Source: a virus. From it: a stretch of DNA of 64,000 nt. The notes beneath the pieces are model-generated. The model ran no database searches, had not been told where the DNA came from, and saw only the letters and a program-made list of their open reading frames with translations. Position numbers and translations under genes: made by a program. Where the stretch lies: IMG/VR virus record IMGVR_UViG_3300017978_000154, positions 7,367 to 71,366 of that record. One strand, 5' to 3'. Below are positions 45,097 to 53,804 of the stretch, in pieces (the stretch's first letter is position 1; each line of letters opens with the position of its first letter).

Positions 45097-46303
45097 CTGC
45101 TCGGTTACTGATACGCATATTGTACTTGACCGCTGCTACCTTACCGATGATTTCTTTACCAAGGGACTTGCGTTGAGCGTCAGTAAAACCTGAACCAACG
45201 GAAACCTTAATTACACCATCAGAAGATTCGCATTGAATAGCACCGAGCATACCAGCATACTTGCCAGTGCCCTCTTCGATGCCAACAATCTTCAGGTCAC
45301 ATTCAAGTTCACCCTTGAATTTAATCTGAGTCTTAGAACGTTTGTTTTCCCAGATACCTGCTTTATCTTTCAGAATGATACCTTCTTCGCCACGCTGAAG
45401 CATTTCTTCGAACAAGGCTTTGGCAGTTTCGTAGTCTTCAACTTCCCAGCTTTTAACAGTAGAAACCTTCTCGGGTTCAATCTTATTGATCAGGGTATTC
45501 AAAGAATTAAAGCGAGTGCCGTATGGAGTAGTGCATTCACCATCTTGAAAATACAAGAAGGGAATAACATCCCACACAGTTGCTCGAACAAGCGAGGCTT
45601 CGCCAGCAGAGATTGTTCCCTTGTTAGCTTTGTTCAGAATACCGTTACCTGTCTGGCGATCCAAGATCCCAGTATCACTAGTGACAAGCAACTCGCCATC
45701 AAACACGCAGTCAACGTCGCCAGCAAGAGCGATAAAGTCAGCGTCGAGATTTCCCAACAGTTGGATTTCTTTTCCATTTCGGCTCCGATATTCTACCTTA
45801 CCATCGCGAACGATTGCGTTGAAGCGCATACCGTCCATCTTGAGTTGTACCAGTGCGGGGAACTTTACTTTGTCCACCAGCTTTTGCTCGAACTGGCTGC
45901 ACAACATTACTGGATATTCTTTCAGCAAGCCAGTCCACACTGCGTTTGCGGTTGACGTTGATACTCCACATTTTAGATCCTTCTGAATGATTCGTTCAAT
46001 AACTTTAGCGTCTTCTGGTTCAAGCGACTCAAGAATGTTAGTCAGGTGCGCGATGGCTGCATTACCTGTAACGAAACGTTGAGACAAGTCATACAGTTTA
46101 TCAAGAGCCCAAGGAATGTTAGCAGTATCTGCGTTTCGTCCATACTTCGGAATCTTACGAATGTAAAACTGGGTGAAGGGGTCAAGGGCTAGACGAACAA
46201 CTTCACGAAGAACCTTATCATTGCGATTCGCTTCAAGTTGCTCAATCTTATAATTGCGCGAAGAGTTAGCAGCGAGTTGTTCAAAGAAAGCATTCAAATT
46301 CAT
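45014..46303 (-). CDS. ATP-dependent DNA ligase
   Basis: Adenylation motif LKMDGMR (KxDG). 429 aa, T4 gp30-like position after regA. Confidence 0.85.
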   Translation of the reverse strand: MNLNAFFEQLAANSSRNYKIEQLEANRNDKVLREVVRLALDPFTQFYIRKIPKYGRNADTANIPWALDKLYDLSQRFVTGNAAIAHLTNILESLEPEDAKVIERIIQKDLKCGVSTSTANAVWTGLLKEYPVMLCSQFEQKLVDKVKFPALVQLKMDGMRFNAIVRDGKVEYRSRNGKEIQLLGNLDADFIALAGDVDCVFDGELLVTSDTGILDRQTGNGILNKANKGTISAGEASLVRATVWDVIPFLYFQDGECTTPYGTRFNSLNTLINKIEPEKVSTVKSWEVEDYETAKALFEEMLQRGEEGIILKDKAGIWENKRSKTQIKFKGELECDLKIVGIEEGTGKYAGMLGAIQCESSDGVIKVSVGSGFTDAQRKSLGKEIIGKVAAVKYNMRISNRAGEESLFLPIVLEIRFDKDEADASTQIK

Positions 46304-46515
46304 TTTTTATCCTTAATTCCAGATTGGATCACTTTGAAAGTACGATAGCGTCGGTCAATACTAAGAGGCGTCTTTAGCATAACGAAGTCTTTAGGATTAT
46401 GCCACTTAAAGTATGCATAGATCTTGGACATGGAATCGTTCATAAGATATGTGTGGTTGGGTTGACGTGGTACGTCTTTCCAAACAGTGGTTTCTTTTAC
46501 TAGTTTCATAAGATA

Positions 46516-46544
46516 ATTATACCCTATTTCTGAATTAAAGTAAA
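46516..46544 (-). promoter_or_regulatory. Sigma70-type promoter TTTACT-N17-TATAAT (minus strand)
   Basis: Reverse complement of attata at 46516-46521 and of agtaaa at 46539-46544. Confidence 0.5.
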
Positions 46545-46560
46545 GCGATTTTTGATGTGA

Positions 46561-46590
46561 AAAAACCACCCGAGAGGGTGGTTTAGAGGG
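46561..46590 (-). terminator. Rho-independent terminator (ACCACCC-gaga-GGGTGGT plus T-run on the minus strand)
   Basis: 7-bp stem followed by TTTTTT on the minus strand. Downstream of the 46602..46919 gene. Confidence 0.6.
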
Positions 46591-46601
46591 CTTTAGAGGG
46601 C

Positions 46602-46919
46602 TTATCGGAGTCCAGCTAGGGCACTGGCTGGGGCGATCTCGATTCCAGCCCCAAAGATCCGATTATACTCGTTAATCATACTTTGTTCTGGGGTGGCTTC
46701 GGAAGCGATAGCACTCTTGTAAAGTTTTATATTACCATCAGCATATGGCATATATGGGGCAATTCCTACACCCATTTGTCCATTCTGAGTTGGCTGTAAC
46801 ATAATATTGGCTGGATTCTTTAATTCAAAATTGTCGTTATATTGATTATGAATCTCAGAGATTAATTCTTCACCGTTAATCAATTTAAATACTTTTACGT
46901 TGCTCATATTATTCCTCAA
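46602..46919 (-). CDS. Hypothetical protein
   Basis: ORF track only. Confidence 0.35.
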   Translation of the reverse strand: MRNNMSNVKVFKLINGEELISEIHNQYNDNFELKNPANIMLQPTQNGQMGVGIAPYMPYADGNIKLYKSAIASEATPEQSMINEYNRIFGAGIEIAPASALAGLR

Positions 46920-47115
46920 TAATTAATGTTTCAATAAAATCTGCGGCTTCATCATGATGTTTAAAATGTTTGATTATAATTTGTTCAGTAGCATAATAAT
47001 TCTGAGCAATTAACAAAACATGTTTTGTTTTAAACACGGATATCTTCAATACCCAATCACCACGTCGAACCGTAATGAAGGATAATAGATTTGGGGATAC
47101 TCTTGCTTTCATCAT
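46909..47115 (-). CDS. Hypothetical small protein
   Basis: ORF track only. Confidence 0.3.
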   Translation of the reverse strand: MMKARVSPNLLSFITVRRGDWVLKISVFKTKHVLLIAQNYYATEQIIIKHFKHHDEAADFIETLIIEE

Positions 47116-47123
47116 ACCTTTAT

Positions 47124-47687
47124 TTAGGTATGAGATTGTCGATTCCAGTAAAAGTCGAACAAACGATAGTTGTTCTTATAATACATATCGTACATGGCGA
47201 TTCTATCCATGTACGCATCTTTTAAGATAGTAGCTGGCGTTGCAGGTTCAACCTGAACGTTAGCATCTGTATCACCATAACCACTAACTACGGTCATCTC
47301 ATTCTTTCGAGCGATGTGACGCATAGCTGCGTTTTCAGTTAGGCAATGCATGAACACGTTGGTGATACCTTTTGTGCGCAACCATGTTACGGCTCTATCG
47401 AACATCTGTTGTGCCAAACCTTCACCACGGAAGTCTTCATCAACGCAACAACCTAGTTCAGCTTCATCGTTTACGATGGCAGCGTGGCAAGTAGCTACCA
47501 AATGTCCGTCAATATGATCAACACCAAACCACTTAGAGTCTTGTTCAAAAGACTTTGTAACATAATCTCTTATGTAATCATCATTGCACATCATACCAAA
47601 TCGTAGTCTACGATCTTCACCTTGGAGTGAAGTTAGATTATGAATAATACGTTGTGCATCTAGTACAGTTAATTTTCTTACTAACAT
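47124..47687 (-). CDS. GNAT family acetyltransferase (second copy in the window)
   Basis: DEDFRGEGLAQQMFDRAV matches the GNAT motif A. Confidence 0.55.
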   Translation of the reverse strand: MLVRKLTVLDAQRIIHNLTSLQGEDRRLRFGMMCNDDYIRDYVTKSFEQDSKWFGVDHIDGHLVATCHAAIVNDEAELGCCVDEDFRGEGLAQQMFDRAVTWLRTKGITNVFMHCLTENAAMRHIARKNEMTVVSGYGDTDANVQVEPATPATILKDAYMDRIAMYDMYYKNNYRLFDFYWNRQSHT

Positions 47688-47693
47688 AAAACG

Positions 47694-47718
47694 AAAGGGG
47701 AGTTTCCTCCCCTACCTC
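47694..47718 (-). terminator. Rho-independent terminator (GGGGAG-tttc-CTCCCC plus T-run on the minus strand) after Hsp20
   Basis: Seen directly. Confidence 0.55.
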
Positions 47719-48201
47719 TTAGTCGTTCAAGAATTGCTTTCCGCCACGTTCTTTGACTGCGACTTTCTTAGCCTTCTTTTCTTCTGGGATAAGACGCTCA
47801 AGAGCGATCTTAAGCATACCGTTGAAGATTTCAGCATCCTTAACTTCCACTTGGTCGTTAAGTGCGAAAGTACGAGTGAACGCACGAGCAGCGATACCCT
47901 TGAATAAGAAGTTGTCTTCTGGTTCAGTAGTATTAACATTACCCTTGACGATCAACTTACCACCATCAATCTCGATGTCCAAATCAGTCTGACCGAAGCC
48001 AGCGACAGCCATCTCAATGACGTAATGAGTCTCATCAATCTTCTTGATGTTGTATGGAGGATAGTTGGGGATGTTCTTGGTAATGTCGTCGTGCAGTTTC
48101 TGCATCTTTACCAATTGGTCATCGAAACCTACGAAGAACTTATCAAAGTCCTTGAAAGCGTCTTGACTAAAGAACGAAGGGATGAATTGTTTTCCTGTCA
48201 T
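47719..48201 (-). CDS. Small heat-shock protein, Hsp20/alpha-crystallin family
   Basis: ETHYVIEMAVAGFGQTDLDIEI ... FTRTFALNDQVEVKDAEIFNGMLKIAL matches the alpha-crystallin-domain pattern. Confidence 0.7.
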   Translation of the reverse strand: MTGKQFIPSFFSQDAFKDFDKFFVGFDDQLVKMQKLHDDITKNIPNYPPYNIKKIDETHYVIEMAVAGFGQTDLDIEIDGGKLIVKGNVNTTEPEDNFLFKGIAARAFTRTFALNDQVEVKDAEIFNGMLKIALERLIPEEKKAKKVAVKERGGKQFLND

Positions 48202-48345
48202 GGTTTTCTCCTATTAAGCGAGTTAATTAAACGACTACCCCGAAGGCATAGTCATCCTTGGTTTGTTTAACCAGAGCCAAGGCTGCTGGGCGACGCCTTA
48301 TACCGTGAACGTCAAACGGTTCCCAAGGTAGTGGGACAAAACTAT

Positions 48346-48735
48346 TTATTCGCTTTGTGGGCGAACTTTTTTACCAATGTTGTATTTGGCTACCAAATTC
48401 CATTCGCTCTTTTCTTTAAAAGCGACAACTTTGATTTGAGATAGAGATGCTTTCTGTTCTGCTTTACTAGCCTGTACGATCTTAATTAGATCCCAGTCTT
48501 GAAGCAAACCAGCGATAGCATTTCTACGCTCAATATCACCTGAAGTGATATTAGAATCTTTACCATCTAAGGCAAAGAGTTCTTTGAAGTGTACAATAAA
48601 ATAACGACCTTGCTTATGTAAGATATGGCAAGATTGGTATAGTGTGTTATCTTTCTTAGACGCAATACCGATACGTGTAAGAGTCTCACGAACCTTCAAG
48701 AAGTTATCTGGTTCAGCAAGAGTTACCTCTAGCAT
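48346..48735 (-). CDS. regA: Translational repressor RegA
   Basis: MLEVTLAEPDNFLKVRETLTRIGIASKKDNTLYQSCHIL aligns with T4 RegA MIEITLKKPEDFLKVKETLTRMGIANNKDKVLYQSCHIL. Confidence 0.75.
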   Translation of the reverse strand: MLEVTLAEPDNFLKVRETLTRIGIASKKDNTLYQSCHILHKQGRYFIVHFKELFALDGKDSNITSGDIERRNAIAGLLQDWDLIKIVQASKAEQKASLSQIKVVAFKEKSEWNLVAKYNIGKKVRPQSE

Positions 48736-48773
48736 AGAATCGGGTGTCCAGTCATAGTAAATCATTTCTGACA

Positions 48774-49154
48774 TTATTTTCCACCTTTATTTAATTTTTG
48801 TTTTATTTCATTCAATTGTTCATCGGAAAGGACGCTTAAAGCATCCTTGGCTTTTTCACTGGAATACCCGTAATATTCCTGAACCAACTTCAAAGATTCG
48901 GTGGCAGCTTCTGCTTTGTGCCACTTAGAGAACCTTTTCTTCTTGGTTACACTATTTAGTAAAAACGCAAATTGCCATTCGTTTGGAATAGAATGGTGTT
49001 GGTTCATAGTGTTAGCCTGAACAACTGTGTCGTGGAAATAAGATAGACCTCGATTGATCATGAAAGGTTTATATTCCTTGATCGCTTGAGGGTCGTTTTT
49101 AAATAAGTCTTCCTTGGTGGAATTAATTGCGTTGATAATATCAAAGATGTTCAT
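48774..49154 (-). CDS. Clamp loader small subunit (gp62-like)
   Basis: FMINRGLSYF and KRFSKWHK align with T4 gp62 FMVENALSQF and KRYGKWAK. Confidence 0.6.
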   Translation of the reverse strand: MNIFDIINAINSTKEDLFKNDPQAIKEYKPFMINRGLSYFHDTVVQANTMNQHHSIPNEWQFAFLLNSVTKKKRFSKWHKAEAATESLKLVQEYYGYSSEKAKDALSVLSDEQLNEIKQKLNKGGK

Positions 49155-49471
49155 GTTTTCAACTCAATTTCTTCAAGGTTGGATTCCCTGATTAGGAATT
49201 TCTTCCCTGGGAATCTCTTTTGAATAGCATCATCCAACTCCTCAAGAGTTGAACCTTGAGCAATGAATGTATCAGTCTCATCCGTGAACGCATAGATAAC
49301 CTCACCGTGACGTTCTAAGCGCATGCGCTCGGGTTTGTCAGCAGATTCTTCTTCAACTGCCTCTGCTTCTTCTAGAAGTTTATGAATGGTATTCATAGCG
49401 TGACGCTCACGCCCATTCCAACCAGCAATGAAACCAACAACAAGAGCACCTGCTAGAATTAAAAATTCCAT
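49151..49471 (-). CDS. Small membrane-anchored acidic protein inserted between gp44 and gp62
   Basis: N-terminal TM (MEFLILAGALVVGFIAGW). Overlap-coupled on both sides. Confidence 0.4.
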   Translation of the reverse strand: MEFLILAGALVVGFIAGWNGRERHAMNTIHKLLEEAEAVEEESADKPERMRLERHGEVIYAFTDETDTFIAQGSTLEELDDAIQKRFPGKKFLIRESNLEEIELKT

Positions 49472-49478
49472 GTTACCC

Positions 49479-50432
49479 TCACTTGAATTTACATTGTACC
49501 ATCAGTTCGGTCATAGCAGCCATGATGTTCAACTCATGATCGGCTACAAAAGCTGCCTTGTATTGATAGTCGGCAAGCACAAGAACCAAGTTAGGAATAG
49601 TAGAAGGCTCAATGTAGTCCATTGCGTTATCGTAGAACTCTCGGAACAAAGCAGTAGTATCTGCGTCTGCGTTCTTAGCAACCCACTTACGAACTTCTGT
49701 AAAGTCGCGATCCTTCATGAAGCCAACAAGCTGCTTAAATGAATCATGAGACATGTTCACCAAGATACCTGAGTCAATCTTACCAGACACAGAGTAGCGT
49801 TGAAGTTCGTTCAACACACGACGCCAGTCAGGGAAGTGCTTAGTAACAAGTTCAGCTACAACCTTTGGATCAAACTCCACGCCTTCTTGTTTAAGAATCT
49901 GAGTGGCACGCTTGAAGAACTGGGCAGCGATCTGTTGCTTGTCTTTGGTTTCAATTTTAAACTCTACAACCGCACAACGAGAATGCAGCGGTTCAATGAT
50001 CTTGTTCTTATAGTTACAAGTGAAGATGAAACGACAGTTAGCCGAGAACTCTTCCATGTAGTTACGAAGAGCAGGTTGCGTAGAGTTGGCTTGTAGATAG
50101 TCAGCTTCGTCTAAGATAACAACCTTCTTAGAGTCAGTCAAAGAAACGGATGTAGCAAAGCCTTTGATAGTTGTACGCAGGGTGTCGATGTGACCACCAG
50201 TGTCCGAACCGTTCAGGATAATATATTCAGCGCCAATCTCATTACACAAGGCTTTGGCAATAGTAGTCTTACCAATACCAGCTGTGCCACACAAAAGCAT
50301 ATGTGGGAGTTGACCTTGAGCGACGTAATCTTTAAAAGTTTTCTTCAATGCATCAGGAAGAATACAGTCGTCGATGTTTTGCGGGCGATACTTTTCAACC
50401 CACAAGAATTGGTCTTTTTGTTGTTCAATCAT
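49479..50432 (-). CDS. Clamp loader large subunit (gp44-like AAA+ ATPase)
   Basis: MIEQQKDQFLWVEKYRPQNIDDCILP aligns with T4 gp44 (EQKYRPSTIDECILP). Walker A GTAGIGKTT. Start at the internal ATG with a GGAG RBS. Confidence 0.85.
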   Translation of the reverse strand: MIEQQKDQFLWVEKYRPQNIDDCILPDALKKTFKDYVAQGQLPHMLLCGTAGIGKTTIAKALCNEIGAEYIILNGSDTGGHIDTLRTTIKGFATSVSLTDSKKVVILDEADYLQANSTQPALRNYMEEFSANCRFIFTCNYKNKIIEPLHSRCAVVEFKIETKDKQQIAAQFFKRATQILKQEGVEFDPKVVAELVTKHFPDWRRVLNELQRYSVSGKIDSGILVNMSHDSFKQLVGFMKDRDFTEVRKWVAKNADADTTALFREFYDNAMDYIEPSTIPNLVLVLADYQYKAAFVADHELNIMAAMTELMVQCKFK

Positions 50433-50451
50433 AATAACTCCATAATAAAAT

Positions 50452-50482
50452 AAAAATGGGGAGAGATTTCTCTCTCCCCAAA
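50452..50482 (-). terminator. Rho-independent terminator (GGGGAGAGA-tttc-TCTCTCCCC plus T-run on the minus strand) between gene 45 and gene 44
   Basis: 9-bp perfect stem; seen directly. Confidence 0.6.
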
Positions 50483-50491
50483 CAGTCACAC

Positions 50492-51157
50492 TTAGAAGTC
50501 GAAGGTGGAATCCGCTTCTACAGCAACATAATAAACCAAGTCACTGTTAGTGCTAGACTTGAAGCGAGAGATTTTCTTGCTTGAAACACTAACAGAATAA
50601 TCGCCAGGGATCATCTTTAAGTTTTCAACCTTCAAGTTTACCTTGAAAGTCTTATCAGTAGTACCAACTGGTTCACTGAACGAGTTACCAGTAGCATTCT
50701 TCTTATCACCAACAACGATAGTGATTTTACCAGCCTCACCAACGATAGAAACGTCAGAGGCTTTCAACACTGAAGATGTGCGTTGAATCATAGTCAACAT
50801 CTGGTTAGACAACTCGAAGTTAACTTCAGCTTCAGGGAAAGTGATGCTCTTAGTTGGAGCAGTCAAAACAGACGCATCAGCTGCGAAGTATTTGATGCTC
50901 ATGTTACCTTGGGTAATCTTACAAACCTTATCGCTAAACTCCAACTCAGGATCTTCGAAGATCGACATCGCGCCAAGGAATTCGTTAAGATCGTAGATAC
51001 CGAAGTCAACTGGGAAAGTCTCAGTAACAGTTACGTCAGACATAACGTTCTTCTGAGAAGAGATAGTGGAAAGTTTGCTACCAGCTTTCAAAAGCAAGTT
51101 GCTATTAATACCAGCATAGTTTTTAAAAAGTGCAAGGGTGTCTTTAGATAGTTTCAT
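50492..51157 (-). CDS. Sliding clamp (gp45-like)
   Basis: MKLSKDTLALFKNYAGINSNLLLKAG aligns with T4 gp45 MKLSKDTTALLKNFATINSGIMLKSG. C-terminus YYVAVEADSTFDF vs T4 YVVALEADSTHDF. Confidence 0.9.
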   Translation of the reverse strand: MKLSKDTLALFKNYAGINSNLLLKAGSKLSTISSQKNVMSDVTVTETFPVDFGIYDLNEFLGAMSIFEDPELEFSDKVCKITQGNMSIKYFAADASVLTAPTKSITFPEAEVNFELSNQMLTMIQRTSSVLKASDVSIVGEAGKITIVVGDKKNATGNSFSEPVGTTDKTFKVNLKVENLKMIPGDYSVSVSSKKISRFKSSTNSDLVYYVAVEADSTFDF

Positions 51158-51187
51158 TATTTCTCCATATTAAAAGGTATAGGTAGA

Positions 51188-51216
51188 ATTGTAGCTGGAA
51201 ACCAGCTACAAGTCAA
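51188..51216 (-). promoter_or_regulatory. Sigma70-type promoter TTGACT-N17-TACAAT (minus strand) with a perfect 8-bp hairpin (GTAGCTGG-ttt-CCAGCTAC) inside the spacer
   Basis: Reverse complement of attgta at 51188-51193 and of agtcaa at 51211-51216. Confidence 0.45.
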
Positions 51217-51218
51217 AT

Positions 51219-52562
51219 TTATTTGCTTACAAACTTATCCAGCAATTGCTTGCCGACTTCGCTTTGAGCAAGCCCTTCAAGAGCAGCACCTACATTGCTA
51301 CCACCTTGAGAGGTGAACAATTCACCAAGAGAACTGATACCACCAGTTACTGTACCGCTGTTAGCGATAACCTTGATGTCAGCCTTATCCAAAGCACGAG
51401 CTTGTTCAACACCGATAGCTTGATTAGCTTCAACCTGACGGATAGTGATAAGGTATTGTTGATAGCTTTGGTTTTCACCAATTTCTTTAGCCAGAACAAT
51501 CTGAGCCTCAACAGGGGCAAGTTGCAACAGCTTCTCAGCTTCAGCTTTAGCCTGACCGTTCACCAACACAGCCTCAGCTTTACGCTTTTCAGCTTCAAGT
51601 TGACCTTCAGCAACCAACACAGTCTTTTGCTTCTGACCTTCAGCAGAGATAACGTCAGTCTGCTTTTGTTCTTCAGCTTTAACCACGTTCACGTCTTTGG
51701 CGATTTCAGCCATCTTAACTTCTTGAACACGGGCAACTTCCATAGCTTTTTCGGTTGTAACCTTTTGCTGAGCCTTAATATCTTGTTGAGACATTTCATT
51801 AGCGATACCAACGGCTTTGTCTTTTTCAGCGGTACGGATACCAACTTGTTCAGCAGCCATTTGCTTGTTCAGTTCGATTTCTCGTGCTGCGTCAATTTCA
51901 GCGTTTTGGGCAGCCTTCATGTTAGAAGCCACAACGATACGAGATTCTTTCTCAATCTCAGACTTCTTCTTATCCATGATGTTCTGGATAACTTGGCTTT
52001 CTCGGCTGTCGCGAATGTCCATCAGTTCGATGTTCTTAACAGTAGTAACACCCCACGCCTTCAGTTGTTCATTAACTTCTTTGGTAAAGGCATCACCGAA
52101 CTCAGAACGACCTTGCATGATTTCTTCAATAGTCTTAGAAGCAAGGATGGTACGAGCAGCACCTTGAAGGATAGAAAGCAACTGAGCATTCAGTTCTTGA
52201 TAACCAGCAACACGTTGAGCAGCAACGTTAGAGTTTTCAATACGGAAGAACGCTTCTAGGTCAAGTACGAAAGGCAAGCGACCGTTGTCATATGCCTCAT
52301 AATCCTTCAAGCGAAGGCTGAACACAGACACAGGCAGTTTGATAACGTTGATACCAATTACAGGGATCCAAGCTGGCCACTCATAGTAAGTGTTACCTGC
52401 TTCTTGGTCTTTACCATAAGAAACGGTTTTACTTGCGCTCTGAATGATGTGTACTTCATTGGTGCTAACAACACGGCGAAGGTTAACAACCCAGATTGCA
52501 GAGATGACAACAGCGGCAATAGCCAAAACTGCCAGAACGGTAGGGATGATTGCGATTTCCAT
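51219..52562 (-). CDS. SPFH/Band-7 (flotillin-like) membrane protein
   Basis: N-terminal TM, SPFH-domain-like core, and a C-terminal EA/AEA-rich coiled-coil. The 337-aa antisense ORF 51246..52259 is judged spurious. Confidence 0.65.
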   Translation of the reverse strand: MEIAIIPTVLAVLAIAAVVISAIWVVNLRRVVSTNEVHIIQSASKTVSYGKDQEAGNTYYEWPAWIPVIGINVIKLPVSVFSLRLKDYEAYDNGRLPFVLDLEAFFRIENSNVAAQRVAGYQELNAQLLSILQGAARTILASKTIEEIMQGRSEFGDAFTKEVNEQLKAWGVTTVKNIELMDIRDSRESQVIQNIMDKKKSEIEKESRIVVASNMKAAQNAEIDAAREIELNKQMAAEQVGIRTAEKDKAVGIANEMSQQDIKAQQKVTTEKAMEVARVQEVKMAEIAKDVNVVKAEEQKQTDVISAEGQKQKTVLVAEGQLEAEKRKAEAVLVNGQAKAEAEKLLQLAPVEAQIVLAKEIGENQSYQQYLITIRQVEANQAIGVEQARALDKADIKVIANSGTVTGGISSLGELFTSQGGSNVGAALEGLAQSEVGKQLLDKFVSK

Positions 52563-52577
52563 TATATAATTTCCTGA

Positions 52578-52886
52578 TTAAATTTCTTTAGAATATTTCA
52601 CGTCATGTTCATACAAGAACATTAAGCAACACATTGCGTGAGCCAAGTGGTGAATACCAGATTCTGGGTCAACCTGTTCACCCATCTTCCATGCCCACAC
52701 GTGCCTTTGCATAGCAGCAAAGTAACGACGTTTGGAGTCAGGAACAAGCTGCCAATTATCGGGAGCATATTTCTGAGCACCAAACGTCAGAACCTTCACC
52801 ATTTCCTCTTGGGCTAGAGGTGGAATAAGATCGTAGCGAAGTTTGTCGCCATCGAACTTACGTCCAGTAGGAAGGTTTTCGCTCAT
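52578..52886 (-). CDS. Hypothetical protein
   Basis: ORF track only. Confidence 0.3.
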   Translation of the reverse strand: MSENLPTGRKFDGDKLRYDLIPPLAQEEMVKVLTFGAQKYAPDNWQLVPDSKRRYFAAMQRHVWAWKMGEQVDPESGIHHLAHAMCCLMFLYEHDVKYSKEI

Positions 52887-53146
52887 TATTGGCGAGTAAA
52901 CGCAGCTGAACCCATAACTGCATTTGCAAGAGCGACCATACGGCGAGATGGCTTACCAATGCGGTACTTAGTACCTTCAGTGCCGTCAGATAGAGTAACT
53001 TTGTTTGCGTAAACGCAATGACCTTGTTCACGGAGATAGTGAACTGCACGACCAGCATTCTTAATACCGAATGTGCCAGTGATTTGCTTCGAAGTCACTT
53101 CGTGACCGTTTTGGAGATGATTCAAAAGTTTAGCGTGTTTAGACAT
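52886..53146 (-). CDS. Small putative DNA-binding (winged-helix-like) protein
   Basis: HTH-like segment VTSKQITGTFGIKNAGRAVHYLREQG. Confidence 0.3.
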   Translation of the reverse strand: MSKHAKLLNHLQNGHEVTSKQITGTFGIKNAGRAVHYLREQGHCVYANKVTLSDGTEGTKYRIGKPSRRMVALANAVMGSAAFTRQ

Positions 53147-53219
53147 AAATGTCCTCCATAATATACCATCATGACGAAAGAACCGTGTAGGCGATGGTGT
53201 TACCTACACGGTGTGTGAA

Positions 53220-53741
53220 TTAGACTTCGATGCCGTTTTCACGGAGGATAGCGTTGAAGTCTTCGACGTCTTGGTCGTACTCCGCAGATTCCTCGATGAT
53301 ACGGTTCAAACGAGAACCACTGATATCACTTTCGTCCTCAGTTGCCTTTGCAGCAACTTTCTTAGCCTTCACAGGCTTAGTCTTAACAACCTTGGCTTGA
53401 GCCAGCTTGGCTACCTTTGCCTTGGCTTTCTTAACAGGGTTCAACTTAGCATCCATTTCTTGCTGGTATGCAGACAATTCTGCGGCAGTAGGAACTGGGA
53501 GTTGATACAAACCCTTCTCGATCTTATTGGCTTTGAACAGCCAGTTAGGATAGCCAATCTTCATAGCACCCTGCTCGCGCATTTGAGCGAGGTCTTGGGT
53601 GATGGATGTAACTTCCTTCAGTGTAATCTGACCTGTCTTTTTAAGAGCAGGGGTATGCTCGATGAGAGCAACAACACACTTCTTTTGAGCGAGAGAAAGA
53701 GCAGAGAACTTCAACATAATATATCCTTTATCAGTTTTCAA
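53220..53741 (-). CDS. Hypothetical protein with a Lys/Ala-rich histone-H1-like C-terminal tail
   Basis: KAKAKVAKLAQAKVVKTKPVKAKKVAAKA. Confidence 0.35.
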   Translation of the reverse strand: MKTDKGYIMLKFSALSLAQKKCVVALIEHTPALKKTGQITLKEVTSITQDLAQMREQGAMKIGYPNWLFKANKIEKGLYQLPVPTAAELSAYQQEMDAKLNPVKKAKAKVAKLAQAKVVKTKPVKAKKVAAKATEDESDISGSRLNRIIEESAEYDQDVEDFNAILRENGIEV

Positions 53742-53768
53742 GAAAGGGGAATTTCACCCCATACATTA

Positions 53769-53797
53769 ATTATACCTGAACTTTGAATTAAAGTCAA
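53769..53797 (-). promoter_or_regulatory. Sigma70-type promoter TTGACT-N17-TATAAT (minus strand)
   Basis: Reverse complement of attata at 53769-53774 and of agtcaa at 53792-53797. Confidence 0.55.
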
Positions 53798-53804
53798 GCG
53801 ATTT

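Noticed and set aside
45233-45955. 240-aa plus-strand ORF
   Set aside because: Antisense to the DNA ligase gene, which carries the KxDG motif. No independent support.
46300-46569. 89-aa ORF as annotated by the track
   Set aside because: Its 5' part overlaps a strong terminator hairpin (46565-46585) and a consensus promoter (46516-46544). If real, it is much shorter (start at 46509 or 46443), so not reported as a confident feature.
51246-52259. 337-aa plus-strand ORF
   Set aside because: Antisense to the well-supported SPFH gene. Low-complexity S/L/F-rich translation, no RBS. Artefact of the coding-strand composition.
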